IMG/VR virus record: IMGVR_UViG_2775507275_000005
Length of the DNA: 20,000 nucleotides
Reading direction: 5' to 3' (one strand)
Origin: an uncultured virus (IMG/VR IMGVR_UViG_2775507275_000005)
Taxonomy: Duplodnaviria; Heunggongvirae; Uroviricota; Caudoviricetes
Of this stretch, positions 17,394 to 20,000 are shown piece after piece (position 1 is the stretch's first letter; every line of letters begins with the position of its first letter). The notes under the pieces are model-generated. The model was not told the DNA's origin. It worked only from the letters and a program-made list of their open reading frames with translations, and made no database searches. The position numbers were made by a program, and so were the translations under genes.

Positions 17394-17798
17394 ATGGTAG
17401 AGCACGAACTTCTGATTCTGGCTATCCAGGAACGGTGGCCAGACTTGGTTCATGGGCGAGACTTCTGGGTTGCGCATCCGCTCGATCCGGCTACCGGCGA
17501 GCAGTCCAGCGATGCGTTCATTGCAGAGTGGAAGTGCTCGGTTGTCCCGCCGTATGTGGGCGACCTTCTCACTCGAGCAGAGCAATTACGCCCGATACAG
17601 GCCGCTAGCAAAGCGCGGGAGAAGCGGGACACGCTGCTCGCGGCATCCGATTGGACACAGGCTTCCGATGCGCCGACTGATACCAGGGAAACGTGGGCCG
17701 CTTACCGACAAGCGCTGCGCGAGATACCACAACAGCCGGAGTTTCCAATGAACATCGAGTGGCCGGTGCCTCCAAGCAACGACGTACACCGGCGGTGA
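17394..17798 (+). CDS. Tail fibre assembly chaperone (XkdW-like N-terminus plus phage tail chaperone C-terminus)
   Basis: REKRDTLLAASDWTQASDAP...WAAYRQALREIPQQPEFPMNIEWPVPP signature; starts 2 nt after the fibre stop. Confidence 0.85.
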   Translation: MVEHELLILAIQERWPDLVHGRDFWVAHPLDPATGEQSSDAFIAEWKCSVVPPYVGDLLTRAEQLRPIQAASKAREKRDTLLAASDWTQASDAPTDTRETWAAYRQALREIPQQPEFPMNIEWPVPPSNDVHRR

Positions 17799-17981
17799 TC
17801 CATATCTAACAACACTGACGCTATCTGGCACTGAAGGTAACGCTAAAGCAATAAAACAAGGCGACCGGCACACAAGTTGGCACATTTGTGCCGGACCGCT
17901 TAGAGCTGAGCTGTTAAAAAATCGAACCAATGCCTGAAGGTTGATATCCTTCGGGCTCGCGCTTTTTGACAAGAACGGGCA

Positions 17982-20000
17982 ATGCTTCAAGACACAAGAA
18001 CAATCGGGACCACACACGTACAGCAGCAGTATCGACCGGACATCGACGGGCTTCGTGCGATTGCGGTCATGGCCGTCGTGCTCGCACATGCCGGCTTCGC
18101 CGGGTTCTCCGGTGGTTTCATCGGCGTCGATATCTTCTTTGTGATTTCGGGGTTCGTCGTCGCCAATTCGATCCTAGGCGACCTGTCACGCGGGCAATTT
18201 TCGTTCAGCGCGTTCTATGCTCGTCGCGCCAGGCGTCTCGCCCCAGCGTTGTACCTGATGCTGATAGCCACGTTCTGCTTCAGCATCCTGTTTGTCTTTC
18301 CGGAAGATACCTTCAAGCTCGCGAAGAATATCCTCGCGGTGGCTACCATGACGTCGAACATCTACCTGTCGAAGCAGACCGGGTACTTCGACGGGCGGGC
18401 TGCTGATCAGCCGCTGTTGCATACGTGGTCGCTGTCGGTCGAAGAACAGTTCTATCTCGTGCTGCCCGTCCTACTCTTCCTGTTGCGCCGACGCAGCCGG
18501 GCAACGCTGATCGGCGTGCTGGCGGGCAGCGCACTGGCGTCCCTGGCGCTGGCCGTCACGTTCCATCACCTGGATTCACCCGGTGCCTATTATTTCGCAC
18601 AGTATCGCGCGTTCGAATTCCTTGTCGGCGTGCTGCTTGCCGTTGTCGGGTGTAAGCGGCAAACGAAGCCACATGCGTTATATGACACGCTGCTGATCGC
18701 TGGCCTTGCGATAGTCGCGGCGGGCGTGCTCGGTGCCAGCCGCGAAGCGCAATTCCCTGGGCTTGGGGCGCTGTTGCCGTGCGTAGCCGCGTCGCTGATC
18801 ATCTTCGCCGGCCGGCGAGCACGATTCTCCAGCCCGATCCTCGCTAACCCGGTGTGCGTGTTCCTCGGTCGGATCTCCTACCCGATCTATCTCTGGCACT
18901 GGCCGATCTTTTTCGCGCTGCGACGCTTGAGCCTGACCGATCCAGCCGCCTTTGCGGCCGCGATCGTCGGAGCAATCGCGTTGGCAGCGGCGACGCACCG
19001 GCTCGAACTGAGAGTGCAGCGGGCAAACTGGACGACACGACAGTCGCTGCTCGGCGTCGTCCTGGCCCCGCTGCTCGCCACCGGCGTGCTCGCCGGCGTC
19101 GGCAAACTGACGAACGGATTCCTGTTCGCCTATCCTGCGGCAATTCGCAGCAACGTGTACTGGTCGGGCACGGCGCTCTTCGACATGCCGCGTGCGAAGA
19201 CCTGCTGGTCCCAGGTGGGCATCTCGAACGAAGCGGCGTGTACGCTCGGTGCGACATCGGCAGCGAACAAGGCGATTCTGTGGGGAGACTCGCACGCCTA
19301 TCACCTGATCCATTTCTTTGACGTGCTTGGCAAGGATCGCGGCATGGCGGTCCACGACGTCGCCTTCACGCTTTGCCCGCCGATCGAGGCGATGGCGGCA
19401 CATGCGACCGACCCGGCCATTGAGGACACGCATCGTCAATGCGTCGAACATGACAAGGCGGTGATGGCGTATGCGCTGGCACGGCAGGACGTCCGGACGG
19501 TCATCATGTCCGCCGCGTGGCAGAACTATCTGAACGACGGCGTCGGGCCGGACGTCAAGCCGACGCTGCACGGGTTCATGCCCGGACAGCTCGAACGGGA
19601 ACTCGGCAATACCATCGAAAAGCTGCAAGCGGCCGGAAAGCGCGTCGTGATGCTCGACGACGTGCCGATGATTCCGGAGAACATGGTGAATTGCGCGTTC
19701 TACAACGGGTTGCTGTTTCCGTACCCGCAACGCGTTTGCGAATTCGACAGCAAGATCGCCGTCGACCAGCACGCCCCGATCGCCGCGATGCAGGTACGCC
19801 TACAGGCGCGATTTCCGGATCTGAAGATCATCCACACCTACGACGTGCCTTGCACGGCCGGGAAGTGCCGGCTCGATTTCGACGGGCTGCCGATCTATCG
19901 GTACAGCGATTACCACCACCTCAGCCTTGCCGGGAGCTTGAAGTACTACCCGGAATACCGGCGGAAGCATCCGCGTGAGCTGGAGCGGCTCGGACTGTAA
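17982..20000 (+). CDS. Acyltransferase-3 + SGNH fused O-acetyltransferase (OafA/OafB/OatA-like); probable surface-glycan-modifying moron
   Basis: YRPDIDGLRAIAV, GGFIGVDIFFVISGF, HTWSLSVEEQFY and ISYPIYLWHWP motifs; about 10-11 hydrophobic segments; then SGNH motifs GDSHA and DYHH (DxxH); complete, with TAA at 19998-20000. Confidence 0.93.
   Translation: MLQDTRTIGTTHVQQQYRPDIDGLRAIAVMAVVLAHAGFAGFSGGFIGVDIFFVISGFVVANSILGDLSRGQFSFSAFYARRARRLAPALYLMLIATFCFSILFVFPEDTFKLAKNILAVATMTSNIYLSKQTGYFDGRAADQPLLHTWSLSVEEQFYLVLPVLLFLLRRRSRATLIGVLAGSALASLALAVTFHHLDSPGAYYFAQYRAFEFLVGVLLAVVGCKRQTKPHALYDTLLIAGLAIVAAGVLGASREAQFPGLGALLPCVAASLIIFAGRRARFSSPILANPVCVFLGRISYPIYLWHWPIFFALRRLSLTDPAAFAAAIVGAIALAAATHRLELRVQRANWTTRQSLLGVVLAPLLATGVLAGVGKLTNGFLFAYPAAIRSNVYWSGTALFDMPRAKTCWSQVGISNEAACTLGATSAANKAILWGDSHAYHLIHFFDVLGKDRGMAVHDVAFTLCPPIEAMAAHATDPAIEDTHRQCVEHDKAVMAYALARQDVRTVIMSAAWQNYLNDGVGPDVKPTLHGFMPGQLERELGNTIEKLQAAGKRVVMLDDVPMIPENMVNCAFYNGLLFPYPQRVCEFDSKIAVDQHAPIAAMQVRLQARFPDLKIIHTYDVPCTAGKCRLDFDGLPIYRYSDYHHLSLAGSLKYYPEYRRKHPRELERLGL

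Larger units (their letters stand above)
1..20000 (+). mobile_element. Mu-like transposable prophage/phage, late region
   Basis: Uninterrupted Mu-order head, tail and baseplate genes; no genome end is recognisable in the window. Confidence 0.92.

Noticed and set aside
17877..17892. Possible sigma-54 promoter TTGGCACATTTGTGC
   Set aside because: GG-to-GC spacing is 9 nt rather than the required 10.
15829..17981. Gin-type invertible segment or diversity-generating retroelement acting on the tail fibre
   Set aside because: No inverted fibre copy, invertase, reverse transcriptase or template repeat is visible in the window.

Overview
The window is the late (morphogenesis) half of a GC-rich Mu-like transposable (pro)phage with a contractile tail. 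A Burkholderia-type host is inferred from composition and resemblance to known phages. All structural genes are on the + strand, in Mu order: 3' end of a MuF head-morphogenesis protein with a C-terminal PBECR2-like nuclease extension, gpG, a 317-bp G-I intergenic region, protease I with nested scaffold Z, a probable head-decoration protein, capsid T, gp35-38, sheath, tube, tail chaperone with a -1 frameshift, tape measure, gpN, baseplate gp44-48, tail fibre and fibre chaperone. An AT3-SGNH O-acetyltransferase moron follows, where Mu has gin/com/mom. The best leads are: (1) the MuF nuclease gene has no immunity ORF and is instead abutted by an apparent ~90-nt antisense structured RNA with its own -10 box and terminator; (2) two identically spaced, leaderless, activator-type late promoters; (3) a structured element downstream of the capsid gene; (4) a candidate strong gyrase site. 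Family assignments come from recalled motifs and synteny; no database searches were run.
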